A stretch of 63,995 bases of DNA, filler included, from Octopus bimaculoides (lineage: Eukaryota): assembly GCF_001194135.2 (NCBI RefSeq). It is 6 parts of 6 records of this genome, joined end to end, with 100 filler letters (N's around TTAATTAATTAA, not from the genome) between each part and the next. Parts side by side here need not be neighbours in the genome. Positions count along the whole stretch, not along the records: positions 33,827 to 46,384 come from NC_068981.1; positions 46,485 to 57,337 come from NC_068990.1; 4 more parts are not named here. The stretch is one strand, 5' to 3'. Position 1 is the first letter of the stretch. Each line of letters starts with the position of its first letter. The notes below the pieces were generated by a model that did not search any database, was not told where the DNA came from, and saw only the letters and a list, made by a program, of their open reading frames with translations. This document shows, piece after piece, positions 37,435 to 52,121 of the stretch. A program made the position numbers and the translations under genes.

Positions 37435-40400
37435 GTCTGTTATTTACTGGTTTATAAAATATCTTAGATTTCTCTCCGAAGTTATGAATATTTTAGTAGA
37501 TATTGGATTACTGGACAGTTGTTTTCACATGTCCATTTCATTGAAGTTAAAAAGCATGTGATTCTATTTTCATGTAATCAATCCAAATAATTTCACATAT
37601 TGGTTCACTTGCTTTTAATATGGTTCGTGTACTGATTTTTACACAGAAAAATTGCTTCCGTAAGATGTTGTTATTGAGTTTTGGGTTAGAATATATTAGA
37701 TTTATATAAAGCTTGACACAATGATCCCATATGCATTTGTGTGCATTAATATACGTACCTCTTTATCGTTTTCAATGTAAACAAGAAAATTGTAAAATGT
37801 TTGCCACAGCCAATAAGAACAACAGAATTTTCCTGTAGAATATGTAAGCATATGCGAATTCTATTATTGTAAAATGCACTTGGCCAATATTTAATATCTA
37901 ATGATTTGGTTTGCACAAAAGAACACTTGTTTTCCACAAAAATAGAAAAAAAATCAATTTTTGCTAGACTAAACTTATTGCATTTCAGTCACAACAACGT
38001 ACACACTATCTATTGTAGAACAGACAACTTATTACAAAATGATACGAGTTTTTGTATCTTCAAAACCGAGAAAGACATATACTGCTTGCTGCAAAAACTG
38101 TATAAGCCATTCATCTCCACTTACTTGAAATGGAATTACTCTCAATTTGCTCCATACTTAATTGACACATTTCTTTCACAACTTTGCAACCACTCTACTA
38201 TCCCGTTCTCGTAAAGTAGTTCAAATAACCTGCCATATAAAACTGTGCAAATTACACGGTTTCAGTTAAATTCAACGTCTCCCAAGCCTTGTTTCTCAGC
38301 GCTGCTAATAAAAGAATGGTACTGAATCCAGTGTTTTTCAAAGGAACTGAAAGATAGGAGCAACCAGAATTTAAGAAGTGGGCTGACATATTGAAACTAA
38401 TGAAATTAAGTTATTTACCAAATTTTAAATTTGTGAAACACGATGTGGAAGAAATAAGAATGAAATGCATAATTGATTTTGTCAACACAAAAGTAAAAAG
38501 CGACAAAATATTTCAATAATTTTATTATCATTTTTTAGGTCAGTATTTCTCAGCAGTTGATACTGAGTAAGATAACATAACACATGCAGGCCACTCGGCA
38601 AGATTTCGCTAACAAAGTTTGGTGAGAGAATGTATCACGGCGTATAGGTCAGTACCACTTCTTGCTTATATCAATTATGATTTAATGGTGTTTGCATTCT
38701 GTGAATAATCTAGGAAGTTCCATGGTACTGGCTTCTTTTTTGAATGTGTAGCACCACAAGAGTGAAAAGATAATGGTTAAAAGTGATTCCAATTAATGAA
38801 TTTACTACCAAATATCCCCAACTCCAAGCCTCTGAATAACACATCGAGAATCGTTTTGAATATTTAGTTCCTAGTATAACGCCTAGGTAAGTGCAACCGG
38901 TATCAGCTCATCATTAAATCATATCAACCTGACGGAAGCCTGCATCTCGAGAGACGTTTTTATTTTACCACTGCAAAATTATACATGAGAGAAGATATAT
39001 GTTTTTTGTCCAATTCACAACAGAGGTATTGTACGTGTTCGGTGAATAACAACACGTTACAAATTGCAATACAATATAAGAAATAGATGTTGTATGGAAG
39101 GAAGTAGAGGATAGTCTGTTTATTCCGTAGGTGTATGAGCAGAGAGAAAAGTGATATAGTTCTGTTTTTAACTTCGACACAGATATAATCTGAGTCTATA
39201 ACTGAAATCGATTATTCAAGAATCAGCTTTATAAAATGATAGTTGCATTTTTATTTAGATTTCCACTTGGATTTTCTACAATATAACTATTTGTGCTGAA
39301 AATATGAGAGCAAAATAAAAAAATTAAAAATTCCTGTGTCGCTGTGGGAAGTAAAGAGTAATATTCAGTTCACAAGTAAGAATCTACAGATTTGGAAAAT
39401 TATTCAGTTACGAACTTAACATTTGAACACCCTCGCATATTATGATTTCACCTGATACAGAAATACAATTTTTTTAAAGACACATAAAGTGTGTTGAAAA
39501 AATACAATCTCATAAATTTATATAACTTAGGCTAAATGTAGGACCTATCCGCCTTCGTTTTATAATCACTGTGAATTGTTTGTACTTCTTGAAGTGGGAG
39601 TTCTATTTAAATCCTTACATATATTTGCTCTGAAATATCGCCATGTATTTAGATATGTATCATCTATATTGTTTCCTAAAGAAGAGGAGTGCTGCATATT
39701 ATATATATGTTTTTAACATTCTTTTAAACATAGAATGGGAGTAGCAATTAGCCAGTAGTATTTCGCATTTAAGTGTTGTGTTTTGTCTGGATTCAGTCTA
39801 ACTTTTCCCACAAAATTGTCAAATTAGCTCGTTTTCGTTTCCAAAAAATTTATATAATTGAGAATTGTTCTTAGTAACAATAAGCTGAAAGTAATCACTT
39901 CATGTGATAAGCTTTTTCAAAATCAATTTGCCATTTAATTCCAGATCCAAATTATATTAACGTGAATAATATAATTCCTTTCATAAATTGTAACTCCAAA
40001 GTATTAATCTCTGATAGTTAATTAGGATTCTAAGATAATCCCACCACTTCTCTAAAATGCAACGGGATAATATCAGCTCTGTCGAAATGCTTAACAGCTT
40101 CACCGATAATTGCGTTAAAGTTCCTTGAGTATCAGCAGTGCCCATATTCCTAAAGCCAAACGAAGTTGGGCTCCAGTTAGGGTCTGCGAAATTTGAGGTA
40201 GCACGGAACAGAATCAAACTGTATAGATACTATGTGCGTGTGTGTATTACCGCATCAACTTGATTATGGATAGTTCTGATGTGGGCGCTTCCTCTCATCA
40301 GATTTTAGCTGATGAATAAACCTCGTATTATATTATGCAGAAGCTTCTTCACAGAAAATTATCCGAGACGCTTACAATAGAACAGAGGAAATCCGATAGT

Positions 40401-40959
40401 TCTACTCTTAATACACCGCCGCAGTATTCGTTCAGAAAATTATATCCTTTTTCGGAATAGAGTGACGAATGGGAAACACGAAGACGATTCGAAGAAAACA
40501 TCGAAGAAGACAAAACAATAACCAAAAAGAAATTATAATTGAAAAATGAATATTGCCAGCGAAAAATGAACGGCAAAAGGGTTAAGGCACAATGCATGTA
40601 CGGGAATTTTATGGAGATAAATATTTATTTTTCTTTTTTAGTTTTTAAAGTATTTTCCTTTCTCGGCTGTTATTCTTTTTATCATTTCACCCTACACATC
40701 TAATTTTTTTCTATAGAAAAGAGGAAATCTGATACGCGATTGTAATTAAATCATTCCATTTTTCTGACTGTCTACTTACTTTTTGTGTGTCTGTGTATGC
40801 TTTATTTGCTTTCCTTTTTCATTTGCCTTATATATAAATACATATACAATTATGTATGTATGTATGTATGTATGTATGTATGTACATGCTTCTGGATTTA
40901 TGTGTCTATATTTCAGTGAACCTGTGTGAATCTTTGCTGAGCAGAGTGTTTGAGTGTGC

Positions 40960-41018
<59 letters not shown>

Positions 41019-41039
41019 TATAGCAAGTTAGCGAGAGAC

Positions 41040-41073
<34 letters not shown>

Positions 41074-41488
41074 GCGAGAGGAAATATTCCAATTACTGTA
41101 CTCATATGAACATGTTAGAAAATATGGAACACTAATACACGTTTTTAATATAATAGATATTGTCTTAATAAGTGAAGCAGATGGAGTTTTGGGAAAAGAG
41201 AAATTTGACGTTCAGGGATTTACATACATAAAAACAGCCTGAAGCAAGCTTTTTGAAAGATATCGCAATTTCGTGAATATTATTTTTGTTAGAACACGAT
41301 TCTTGCATAAATACATCAAGAACACTGTATTATATATAACTACGTATATTAAACATAAACATACATTCACACGCATCGATGCGCGTGTGTGCATAGCTTT
41401 CCTTGAATTTGTTTAATATGTGGAGATAAATAAAAAGCTGTATGACTACGTGAGAATGGTGTGTACACACACACACATATATATATAT

Positions 41489-41532
<44 letters not shown>

Positions 41533-41960
41533 TTAGATAGATATACTTATATGCAACGAGGGGTGGATGAGAGTGTTTGAGAGAGAAGAGGTAGTTATAT
41601 TTTTTTAAGATATACATTTATACATAACAGTTCATGTGTTTTCATATGTTTATTTATGTTTCTATGTGCCTCTTTCTATATATGTATATATGCATTTATA
41701 TCTCTGCTATTTGAAGTATACATTTTGCTTCCTCTTATTTTCTTTCAATCTATAAAGTGTAATTTCAGTTTGAATCGAAGCAGAGGAGACAATCTCTTGT
41801 ATAAATTGCTGATAATATTGTTCCTAATACAAACCCAATTTCACCTATATATGAATTTGTGCTTTGCATATATTTCCAGTACTATGCAAAAAAACAGTGA
41901 TTTCATTGACAGAATATATTGTTTCGCGGGGATACACACACACGCACACACACACACATA

Positions 41961-41992
<32 letters not shown>

Positions 41993-42159
41993 TCGGCAGT
42001 AACTTAATCATGATAGTTTTGAACGGTCACATTCCCATGCATCCAGGGTCGAAGAGAGTTTACTGAGGCTGATTTTCTACGTATGAATGTCCTTCCTGAC
42101 ACCGATCTCCACGAGCTTCTGACGAAGTCTTGGCATGTTTTTTTGTTTTTTTTTCAGAA

Positions 42160-42362
42160 TGCGAGGGGATACCCAAAAGGAAACGTTCTTTGTGGGACAG
42201 TTAGGTCAAAATATTTAGGGAAAAATTTGTGGCTCGCTCCCTTACGGAAGATCAAAATTAATCACGGCCGAATGCGTGTCGTGAGCTGAAAGAACAGTTG
42301 GATATTGATCCGGATCTTTTTCGAAGGTCATCACTGATGACGAAAGCCGGTGCTACGGAATT
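42160..42362 (+). pseudogene. mariner transposase remnant
   Basis: FVARSLTEDQN*SRPNACRELKEQLDIDPDL, then after a frameshift FSKVITDDESRCYG (the TGDESW region with the first catalytic Asp). Confidence 0.75.
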
Positions 42363-43299
42363 TGCAGATTTGGAAGAGGCGAAGTAAAAAACGACGGAGA
42401 AATTAAAGACATCAGTTTGCAAGAGCTCCAGCAAGAGGAAGAGATAGAGAGAGAATGAGAGTGGTTATGTATGTATGTATGTATGTATGAATGGCTTCAG
42501 TGACACACACTCACATACACGCACGCACGCAGGTTGTTTTAATCGATTTTATCGGTAACTATGGGGGCTAGTGTCCCAATCTATGTACCCGTCTCCACAT
42601 GTGTGCAATTTTGCACGCGAATCCACCCGCTGTTTGGCGGTGAACCCCGAGAAAGAAAGAATACAACGGTCGCCCATGCTCAATTTATATTATAGATTAT
42701 TGGCTAACCTATTCTATGTCCCATCAGATCGATCACTTTTTACAAACCTATTGTATAAATGCAAGAATTCGATAAGCACTGTGCAATTATACAAGCAATT
42801 ACAACTTTAAGAGAATTGTCAATTACGGACAGTTGGATAAAATGTAACAAAGCTTGACGCATAACTTAGCAATGAATAGTAGCCGAGGAACAATAGTAGA
42901 TCGATAGACACGATCTCCTGCGTTATCATGAATCAATACGCAATTTTCTAAAACGCAGTGTAACCGAAACTGTGAACTCATCGTTCCAAGGGGAACTTCC
43001 TTAAATTTCCTAATATATACAAGTTTTTACACATGTATATTTGTAGAGAGTTAAATTCGCTGTATATTTATTTGTTCACTACAATGACAAAATTTAGATA
43101 TACGTTTTATGCTAGCTTAGAATTCATAACGGCACTATTCTCATAGCTATGTTAGTTTAGATTTAACTCTCGATCTAAAGCAATACGATTTTGTATTTGT
43201 TCAGATGAAAGTAACCAAAATTCCTCCTACGTGTATATGTGAGAGGGAGTTAGAGAAATGGAGATGTAGCGAAAGAAACGGAGACATAGAGACAGCGAG

Positions 43300-43303
43300 G
43301 GAA

Positions 43304-43392
<89 letters not shown>

Positions 43393-43400
43393 GAGAGAGC
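43300..43400. repeat. (GA)n microsatellite
   Basis: Read directly from the sequence. Confidence 0.98.
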
Positions 43401-45326
43401 GTTTGTGCTCATTACGCACAACACCCACGACTCGCAACGAATTTAACAACAATGCTAACATGAGATAGGTTAATCGAGGGCCTGAAAATTTATGCACCAA
43501 AACTTTAAGACAGAATTAGTGTAGATGTAAGTTGAATACTATTTTCCATTCAGCCGTTTCCTTTTCACTGTTAAATGTCACCACATCATGCGGTGATATT
43601 TTATGCTGTAGAGGAGGGGGACTAGATTTTGAGTTGTATGGAACTTTCATGTTCTTGGATGATTAGATCTTATTATCAGTACCTAGATAAAATTTGATCA
43701 AAGAAATCAACCAGATAACATAAGTCCGTGTGACACCTAGTTCAATGTGACATTTCCTACTCTATATTACATTCAACTTTGGGTAACGAAATTATGAAAG
43801 ACAAACATAGATTCGGCAGTATCTGAGCTCATAGAGGGAGAAGCGCCTCGGATTTCATCAGACACTTTATACGACGCTGTACTGGTACTGCTGATAGACT
43901 ACCTACACAATATATCTATAATTTTACGTTACTTTAATGTGGAATCGACTGAATTCTATACGAATTCTTCCTTCATTACTGAATCATCTTTATAAATGTC
44001 TGTACCAAGTTGTTTGTCAGAGTCTAATGATCAGTGCCAAGTAAACCAGTCATTCTAGATTTACATGGTAACGGAGTAGTTATATAATGTATTATGAAAC
44101 TAAAACCTTTAAAATTACGTACAGTCAGTCACCACAAAACATGAGGCAAATAACATTTGTATCAATTTAGATGGCTACAAATGCAGAGTTAGCGATGACG
44201 AAATAATGTTATTCCAGTTAACACAACGGTATTATGGGTCTTCCATCCTGAATTGCAGTTTGCTTCAATGCCAAACCACCATACACTACAGAAATCTTCA
44301 CACTATGCAGTATCTAGCACCCCAAATCACAATTTCATCATAGCCCTTATCTACTCTTGAGCAGTGCGAAGAGATACATTCTTTCATTAAGTATGACGTT
44401 TCCCCAAAATTTCATTAGAGTTCTCAAAAAATCGACATGTAGTGATTTCTTTAAAAACATCGTTAATAACATACACATTTTATGATTTCATATAGTAATG
44501 TTAAAAATATTTCAACATGAACATACCTCTCGTTTAAAAGCTTTGAAAACTCTTAAGCATCTCGGAACGACAGGCCAAGCTATAGCCATTAGAATGTACA
44601 CTAAACATTCATTACCTTGCTTCGATTATGGATAAGTTTAGCGCACACAATTTGATGTAGTTATGCGGGATGATATCTGAAGTGGGATATACTAAATCAT
44701 ATGCATAACGCATTAGACGAGTTTCAAAGAACCCGGATAAAGTTCAATGTAGATATTATCCAAAATATTTGCTCACAGTACCTAACAACAGATGCTAAAG
44801 AGACTAATTCATACACAAAAAATCATCCTTCAGAGAATTCCTAAGGAAAAAAAAACAGGAGAGAGAAGCCAGATATTGTAAATTCACTTGATATTACTTA
44901 TAACTTAGACATCAACAGCGTCACGATTTCAAATAAATCAACGAATAACTACTCGTTAACACAAACTCTAATCACACAGAGATCATAATCAAGGATCTGA
45001 TTAGTAATATAAATGTACGTTTGTCCAATATATCCTGATACGTAGCTTCTCTTAAAAGATCTGCTGCGATTTATAATTCGTGCCCTGATATTAAGCTAAC
45101 TGAAAATGCAGTATGGAACAAGCACTACAATTAAAGCCAACCGCTCACTTTGTCTTAATTTGGAATGAATATTATCCCAAAATGTGCAGAATGAAACATA
45201 TCGAAAAATATCGAAATGCTTCTCAATTCATATACAGTTGCTGACCTTGATAAACTACACAGAGAGAGAACCCAAAATTTGCACATTCATACCAGTCACA
45301 AAATATGTGTGTGTGTGCGTGCGTTT

Positions 45327-45405
<79 letters not shown>

Positions 45406-46061
45406 TGAGTAAGTGTGTGAGAGTGTGTGTTTGAGTGAGTAAGCGTATGAGTGTGTGTGTGTGTGTGTGCAAGTGTGTGTGTAAGTGAGTGAGTGAGTGA
45501 GTGAGTGAGTGAGGAAGCGAGTGTGTGTGTGTGCGTGTGTGTGCGCGCGTGCGCGCACGTGTGTGAAACTATGTCTCCTATTCTCTACACGACTGTTTAT
45601 GCCTAGAAAAAGAACAGATCATTTTATTGGAAACAACACTGCTCTGAACTTTTAAATCAACCCGAGAGAAAACATCTTAAAAGTTTATCTTGCGAAAACA
45701 TCCACTCGTTCGGAAGCAAGAGACAGAATTACACTCTGTTAATGCGTATTTGACAACAGGAATCTTGGAGAACATCAAACAGTATAAATCAGAACATCAT
45801 AGACAGCGTAAAATATTACAAACAAAATGGAAAATCCTGTTTGTACACCATAGACTAATTGGCCATGATATTCCATCACAGGAAATTCCTCTGGTGTTCG
45901 CACGTCCAAGAAACTATTGAAGAATATTTCAAAATAATTCAAATGCAATGAACCCTATCTATCGCATTTCAGACCAAAGCTGCTTTCCGTATTTCATTTG
46001 CTTCATTTTTATTCCAGCAATTTTGCACAGTCGCCAGAAGTTAACATCCATTTTATTTAGA

Positions 46062-46095
46062 ACTAGCAGAAACACCCGGCGTTGCCCGGGTTAAA
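46062..46095 (+). mobile_element. possible non-autonomous Helitron-like 5' terminus
   Basis: ACTAGCAGAAACACCCGGCGTTGCCCGGG resembles known ACTAG..CCCGGC..GCCCGG starts. The matching 3' end is unclear. Confidence 0.4.
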
Positions 46096-46384
46096 GAGAA
46101 TAATGAAATCTAAAAACGCCGTCTAGACTACGCAACCCTCAACTGTTAGTAGCTACGATACCATATTTCTACGCTAATAACTCTCCAATCCATGCCAGCA
46201 TGGAACATAGATATTAAGTGGAATGCTAGAAGAAAGTTTTCAACTCATTGGTATATAAATTAAATACACGTAATTCAGAAACACGTTTTTGTGTATCTTA
46301 TTTCGTAACCAAACAAACAGGTACAGATTATAAATAATGAAAGGCCAATTTTGGTGATTCATTTGACAGAGGTAGTAGAGAGAC

Positions 46385-46484
46385 NNNNNNNNNNNNNNNN
46401 NNNNNNNNNNNNNNNNNNNNNNNNNNNNTTAATTAATTAANNNNNNNNNNNNNNNNNNNNNNNNNNNNNNNNNNNNNNNNNNNN
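46385..46484. other. artificial scaffold linker
   Basis: 44 N + TTAATTAATTAA + 44 N. Confidence 0.95.
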
Positions 46485-46604
46485 TTTCAACCCACTCGAA
46501 AAGAAAAACTCTACATTTGTATTTTGTCCCCTCTGTGTTGAGCCCTGTGTGGCTAATAAAGAAACATATCTTATCTACCTATCGAGATAGATAGATAAAT
46601 ACAC

Positions 46605-46656
<52 letters not shown>

Positions 46657-46984
46657 GTGTATATGCATATCAACATTAACCACAAAATAAGACACATATA
46701 CGCACACACACACATTTACGTATGTATGTACGTATGTATGTATGTATGTATGTATGAATGTATGTATGCATGTATGCATGTATGTATGTCCAACATTTCC
46801 CCATATTCAGCAATCTCATTGACGTTATTTTACCTTCTTAATCTCCCAATCCATCCATCCTTACAAAACCAGTCCACTGTCAGAGTCATTAGATAAACAT
46901 GACTCAGTTTCGATTTCCATTTGTAATCCGAGACTTCCCTTCACTTATGACGGACACATCTCGACTTGCATGGCAATGAGCATG

Positions 46985-47220
46985 CCGCCAGACGACATGC
47001 TAGAAATAACAACTAGATCTTCTTGAAAATCTCTCTCTACTTTCTTTAAAAAGGAATAGCAGGTTATGTGATATTATGTAATGTGTTCCCAGATGGGTGT
47101 TAAGTCTAAAAAAATAATAATGAAAATAAAGTAAAAATAATTGGCTTTGACTGGAGTACTTTTATACTTCTGTTTATGGTCTGCTTGAGCATGTCTTACC
47201 AGGGGCTAAACAACAGCAAA
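46985..47220 (+). mobile_element. family F repeat
   Basis: GACATGCTAGAAATAACAAC head and GGTCTGCTTGAGCATG..CCAGGGGCTAAACAACAGC tail. Confidence 0.65.
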
Positions 47221-47228
47221 GCAAGGTC

Positions 47229-47369
47229 TCATTTGAGCGCTACGTGTTCCATCGGCTGTTAAGAGAGTGGTGGTGGCGGTTGTGGGAGTGATAGTCATGG
47301 TGGTGGTGGTGGTAGTGGTGTCATTTGAACACTACGTATTCCATCGGCTGTTAAGAGAATGGTGGTGGT
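47229..47369. repeat. local tandem duplication, 92-bp period
   Basis: TCATTTGA.C.CTACGT.TTCCATCGGCTGTTAAGAGA occurs twice, each time followed by (GGT)n. Confidence 0.85.
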
Positions 47370-48361
47370 GGTGGTGGTGGCGGCGGCGGTGGAGGTGGTG
47401 ATGATTGTGGCGGTGGTAGTAGTACTATAGATAAAATACCTGAGTAGTTAACAGGAGAGATACGGTCATTTAATGTATTTTTCACGTAGATGGCAGAATG
47501 ATTAAGAAGTTCGCTTTGCAACCACGAAGACCCGTGTTCAATCCCGCTGGGTGGCATCTTCAGCAAATGCTATTTTCTTTAACCTCGGGTTTACCCATAC
47601 ATTCTGAGTTAAATTGGGTAAATGGAAACTATATGGAATCTTGGCGGGTGAATTGTACTTGCAATTTTAGATAGAATTGTGGTCTCACGTGGTGAAACCA
47701 TCTAATAACGACTCTGTTCAGAAGGCTGGAATAAGATATATAATGTGCCAGTTGGAAAAGAGAGAGACACAACGGAGTAGAATGTTTGAGAGAAGATTTA
47801 TTAATATGTTAACATGTGTGGCTGTGCGTACGTCATGTATACAGAATAACAGCCAGCCATCATGAGAACAAAGTGTATGTGTGCATAGGTATGGTTGCAT
47901 GCATGTGCGCCAAGTACATATAAGAATAGCAATGAAAGAGACAGCGAAAGGCCCCTGGGCAACGGCCTAGTGTGCCCCTGCCTCAAGACGGCACTGCATA
48001 TGACGGATAACCTTGGAAGTATACTGTTATCACCACAAGTAATAATCAAGAAATATGGCATCAAAATATCACGCAAACACGTAGCAATTATAGTTTAACT
48101 TTTATAGATTATTTTAGTGGCGAAATGGATTCCACTTTTCTAATGAAACATTTTTTATTACCTTAAAATTAAATGAAACAAATCTCTCGTTTGTACATTT
48201 CGAATAAATATATTATTTTTCTAAATTTGATCAACCTAATCGATATCTACTTCATCAAAAACCCATCTCTGCAAAATTTCATTAAAAAATGTATATTTTT
48301 TCAGAAAGTTATAAGAACACTCCTCCTTCACCTCAAATATTAAGTCTCTCTATATTTTTCG

Positions 48362-48402
<41 letters not shown>

Positions 48403-48753
48403 TTTCTTTCTCAGTATCTCTCTTTTACTCTCTTTCTCCCATGTAAAACGTGACAGAAGACACCAACCAGTCAACCAATATTTATATCGGCTGTTATAAT
48501 ACAAATACAATGACAACAACAATACCGTAAACAAAATCCCACTTTTTAAACAAGCATTTCCCCTCCGTAAATTCAGGAAGAAAAAACACAAACAAAACAC
48601 ATATACACGTTATTAAACTCATATTCCGTAACGCAAATCAAATTCGCAAAGCGTGTATGTGTGTATGTGGTTTGTATGAGTTAGTGTTGCATTGTAGATA
48701 TCTAATATGTTCACTACACACAACTATAACGCACACAACTAGAAACAAACAGG

Positions 48754-48810
<57 letters not shown>

Positions 48811-48825
48811 GGACAGACAGACAGG

Positions 48826-48859
<34 letters not shown>

Positions 48860-49162
48860 NNNNNNNNNNNNNNNNNNNNNNNNNNNNNNNNNNNNNNNNN
48901 NNNNNNNNNNNNNNNNNNNNNNNNNNNNNNNNNNNNNNNNNNNNNNNNNNNNNNNNNNNNNNNNNNCGGTATATGGTGAAGCAAATATTTGCTGATCCCT
49001 TAATTATATTTATAAATATATATGAGCTTTTAAATAAGTTCTCCACCAATAATGGTGCTTTCATACCGATGGGCTTGGTAAAAATTGTTAATTGTTAATT
49101 GATTTATTAATTAATAAATTGATAATCCTTTACCCTTTTAATTTATATATATATAGAGAGAG

Positions 49163-49201
<39 letters not shown>

Positions 49202-49226
49202 CAGATAGACAGACAGACAGACAGAC

Positions 49227-49257
<31 letters not shown>

Positions 49258-49271
49258 CAGACACATATATA

Positions 49272-50569
49272 CGTCTTTGAGGTACATCCCAGGAGTTTTG
49301 AGACTTTTTTTTAGGAGAGACAGCTCGAACTGTCTTAGATTGTCGCAATTTTAGTACATCATTACTATACATCTAATAAGCTGACCTGCCAACTTTTTGT
49401 TCCAAATTGAAGGAGACGACTTTAACATCACTTTGAACACATCCTATTAAACACCACTTGTCACAGCTGACTAGTTTGCAGGTTGTCGTCGAAATGGGAA
49501 GACAATTTGGGAGCTTACTATGCAATACGGAAACTTATGAAATGCTCCAGGCTACTTGTGGATTGACTTGTATGAGCCGAGCATCTGTTTCTCGCTAGCA
49601 CAAGCGGTCCAAGCACGGGGGAGGAGAAGAAAGAGCCGATAAGATGTGTGGGAGGGAGAGGAACTTCAAAGCATCAGAGCTGATTGAAAAAATTAGCAAT
49701 TTTTCTAGATGAAGATCGTCGTGTGTCTATAACGAAAATAAGCGTACAGTTTGGAGTTGGCGTGGAAACTGTGCATTGAATTATTCGCGAAGATCTGAAA
49801 ATGTGCAAAATTTGAGCAAAGTTTGTTCCTAAGGTGCACAGAAACAGACAAAAGGAAAGACGCGTCGGTGACAGCAACGAGATGATTGAGCTCATTACTT
49901 TACCTGAATCTCTGGCGACCTGTGATGAAAGCTGGATTTATTGTTATGATCCAGTGACCAAGTGACAGAGTGCCCAATAGAAGCATCCGGACTTCCCCGA
50001 ACCCAAGAGGGGCAGGCGAAGCAAGTTTACCAGGAAGTTTATGATGTTTCCTTTTCTAACATCAAGGGCATCATCTATATCTACTGGGTTCCCTCTGGCC
50101 AGTCGGTCAACAGAGAGTATTTTCTGAAGGTCCTGAGGGCGTTCAGGAAGAGATTTCGTTGCAAAAGGTTAGAGCTGTACCACTCGGGTCGGTGGCACCT
50201 TCATCAGAGCAATGCACTAATTCACAAAATCCGCCCTACAGAGATGGGTATCAAAACTATCCTTCACCCTCCTTGCACTTAAGACCTTGCTCCCTGTGAT
50301 TTCTGGTTGTTTCCCTGAGCTGAAAAATATCTCAGGACCAGTCGTTTTGAAAACACTGAGATGAAGGAGGCTGTGACAAGAGTCATGGAACTTTCCCTTT
50401 GGAGGGCTTGCATGGGGCCTTCACAAAGTGACTGGAGCGCCACAACAAGTGCATTGAAGTCAGAGGATCCTATTGTGAAAGAGATTAGAGTTTTGTGCTT
50501 CTTTGAAATTAATAAATGACTCATCTAAAAAAAATAAATAATTGCCAAAATTCTGGAATGCACCTCGTA
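49272..50569 (+). mobile_element. near full-length (~1.3 kb) decayed mariner transposon
   Basis: AKFVPKV, LATCDESWIYCYDP and HPPCT*DLAPCDFWLFP. Degenerate TIRs (TACG..GAGGTACATCCCAGGAGTTTTG and CCAAAATTCTGGAATGCACCTCGTA) are bounded by TA. Confidence 0.9.
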
Positions 50570-50770
50570 TACATGTATATATAAATATAGACAAACAGAC
50601 AAATTTGATACATGGATAAACAGAGGGAGGGACGGTGAGAAGTAGAGTTGTTTATCATATAGTTATTGAATATGAAAATATTTATTAATTACCTAGATAT
50701 CTACTGATGCGTTTGGTTGATTTTCTCATTTACGGAGACTCTAGAGTTTCTTGTCTGTCTAATGAGGTTT

Positions 50771-50807
<37 letters not shown>

Positions 50808-51164
50808 NNNNNNNNNNNNNNNNNNNNNNNNNNNNNNNNNNNNNNNNNNNNNNNNNNNNNNNNNNNNNNNNNNNNNNNNNNNNNNNNNNNNNNNNNNNNN
50901 NNNNNNNNNNNNNNNNNNNNNNNNNNNNNNNNNNNNNNNNNNNNNNNNNNNNNNNNNNNNNNNNNNNNNNNNNNNNNNNNNNNNNNNNNNNNNNNNNNNN
51001 NNNNNNNCTACATTATCTAATGTGTCATTTCTGCCGTTTGTAAAGTCATTTTTCATTTTTTGAAGATGGGTGGTATTTCAGGGTTGACATAATCAACTAG
51101 AAGCCCTGAAAGTGAACCCTCATCATAGCTGCACGAAAGGGTCGTCAAGTATGAAATTAGTAGA

Positions 51165-51822
51165 TAAGAAAAAAAGTTTGCTAATTTTTATAAATACAAA
51201 GAATAGTTTTATTCATCAAAGTATGCACCCATATTGTCAATACACTGTTGCCATTTCAGCGGTAGCTTGTCCAGCCCGGAACTATAAAAGCCAAGCAATC
51301 TTGAGTCAATAAAATCTTGGAAGGCCTGTTTTACAGCATCGTCGGAATTAAGTATTTTTCCTATCAAAAAGTTATCCAAATTCTGGAAGAAGTGGTAGTC
51401 ATTGGGGGCAAGATCAGGTGAGTATGGTGGATGATGGAGAACTTCCAACTTCAACTCTTGTAGTTTCGTCAATGTCACTTTTGCGATGTGTGGTCTGGCA
51501 TTGTCTTGTAATAAAATAGGAGTGGATCTGTTGACTAATCTAGGCTGTTTTTTGTAAGTTTCTGCATCATTTGGTCCAGTTGGCTGCAGTATACTTCGAC
51601 CGTGATTGATGAGCCAGGTTTAATGAAATCATAATGGATCACACCTGTGTCAGGCAACCAAACACACACCATTAGCTTCTTTTGATGAATTTTGCTTTTT
51701 GGACAGTGTTTTGGTGGCTCGGCTTTGTCCAACCATTATGCTGAACGTTTACGGTTGTTGTATTGGATCCATTTCTCATCATATGTTACAAATCGATTCA
51801 AAAATGATTCATTTTTGTGACG
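51165..51822 (-). pseudogene. mariner (DD34D, Hsmar1/Mos1-like) transposase catalytic-domain remnant
   Basis: FLNRFVTYDEKWIQYNN, KKLMVCVW..GVIHYDFIKPG and VLHHPPYSPDLAPNDYHFFQNLDNFL..KWQQCIDNMGAYFDE*. The 5' part is missing. Confidence 0.92.
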
Positions 51823-51879
51823 AAAAATTAAAAGTGTGTGTGCGGGATGAGTCCGTGTGGAAGATATTATGTGGGGTGG

Positions 51880-52012
51880 GGCCGAGGTCGACTTTGCCTT
51901 TCATCTTTTCGGAGTCGATAAATTAAGTACCAGTTGCGTACTGGGTCGATCTAATCGACTGGCCTCCTCCCAAAATTGTCGGGCCTTGTGTCTAGTGTAG
52001 AAAAGATTATAT
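51880..52012 (+). mobile_element. family A SINE 3' half
   Basis: GCCGAGGTCGACTTTGCCTTTCATC..GGGCCTTGTGTCTAGTGTAGAAAAG. Confidence 0.88.
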
Positions 52013-52121
52013 GGGGTGGGATAGGAAATCAAGAGAGTGGATACATATAATGATAGGAGGGGGAGGAAAACGAATAGAAGAAAGTAAAAGAGAAGTACTT
52101 CTCTTTCACCTTCTATTCGTT

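Noticed and set aside
47945-47995. DNA-transposon end (AAGACGGCACTG)
   Set aside because: No matching left TIR was found, so the extent cannot be defined.
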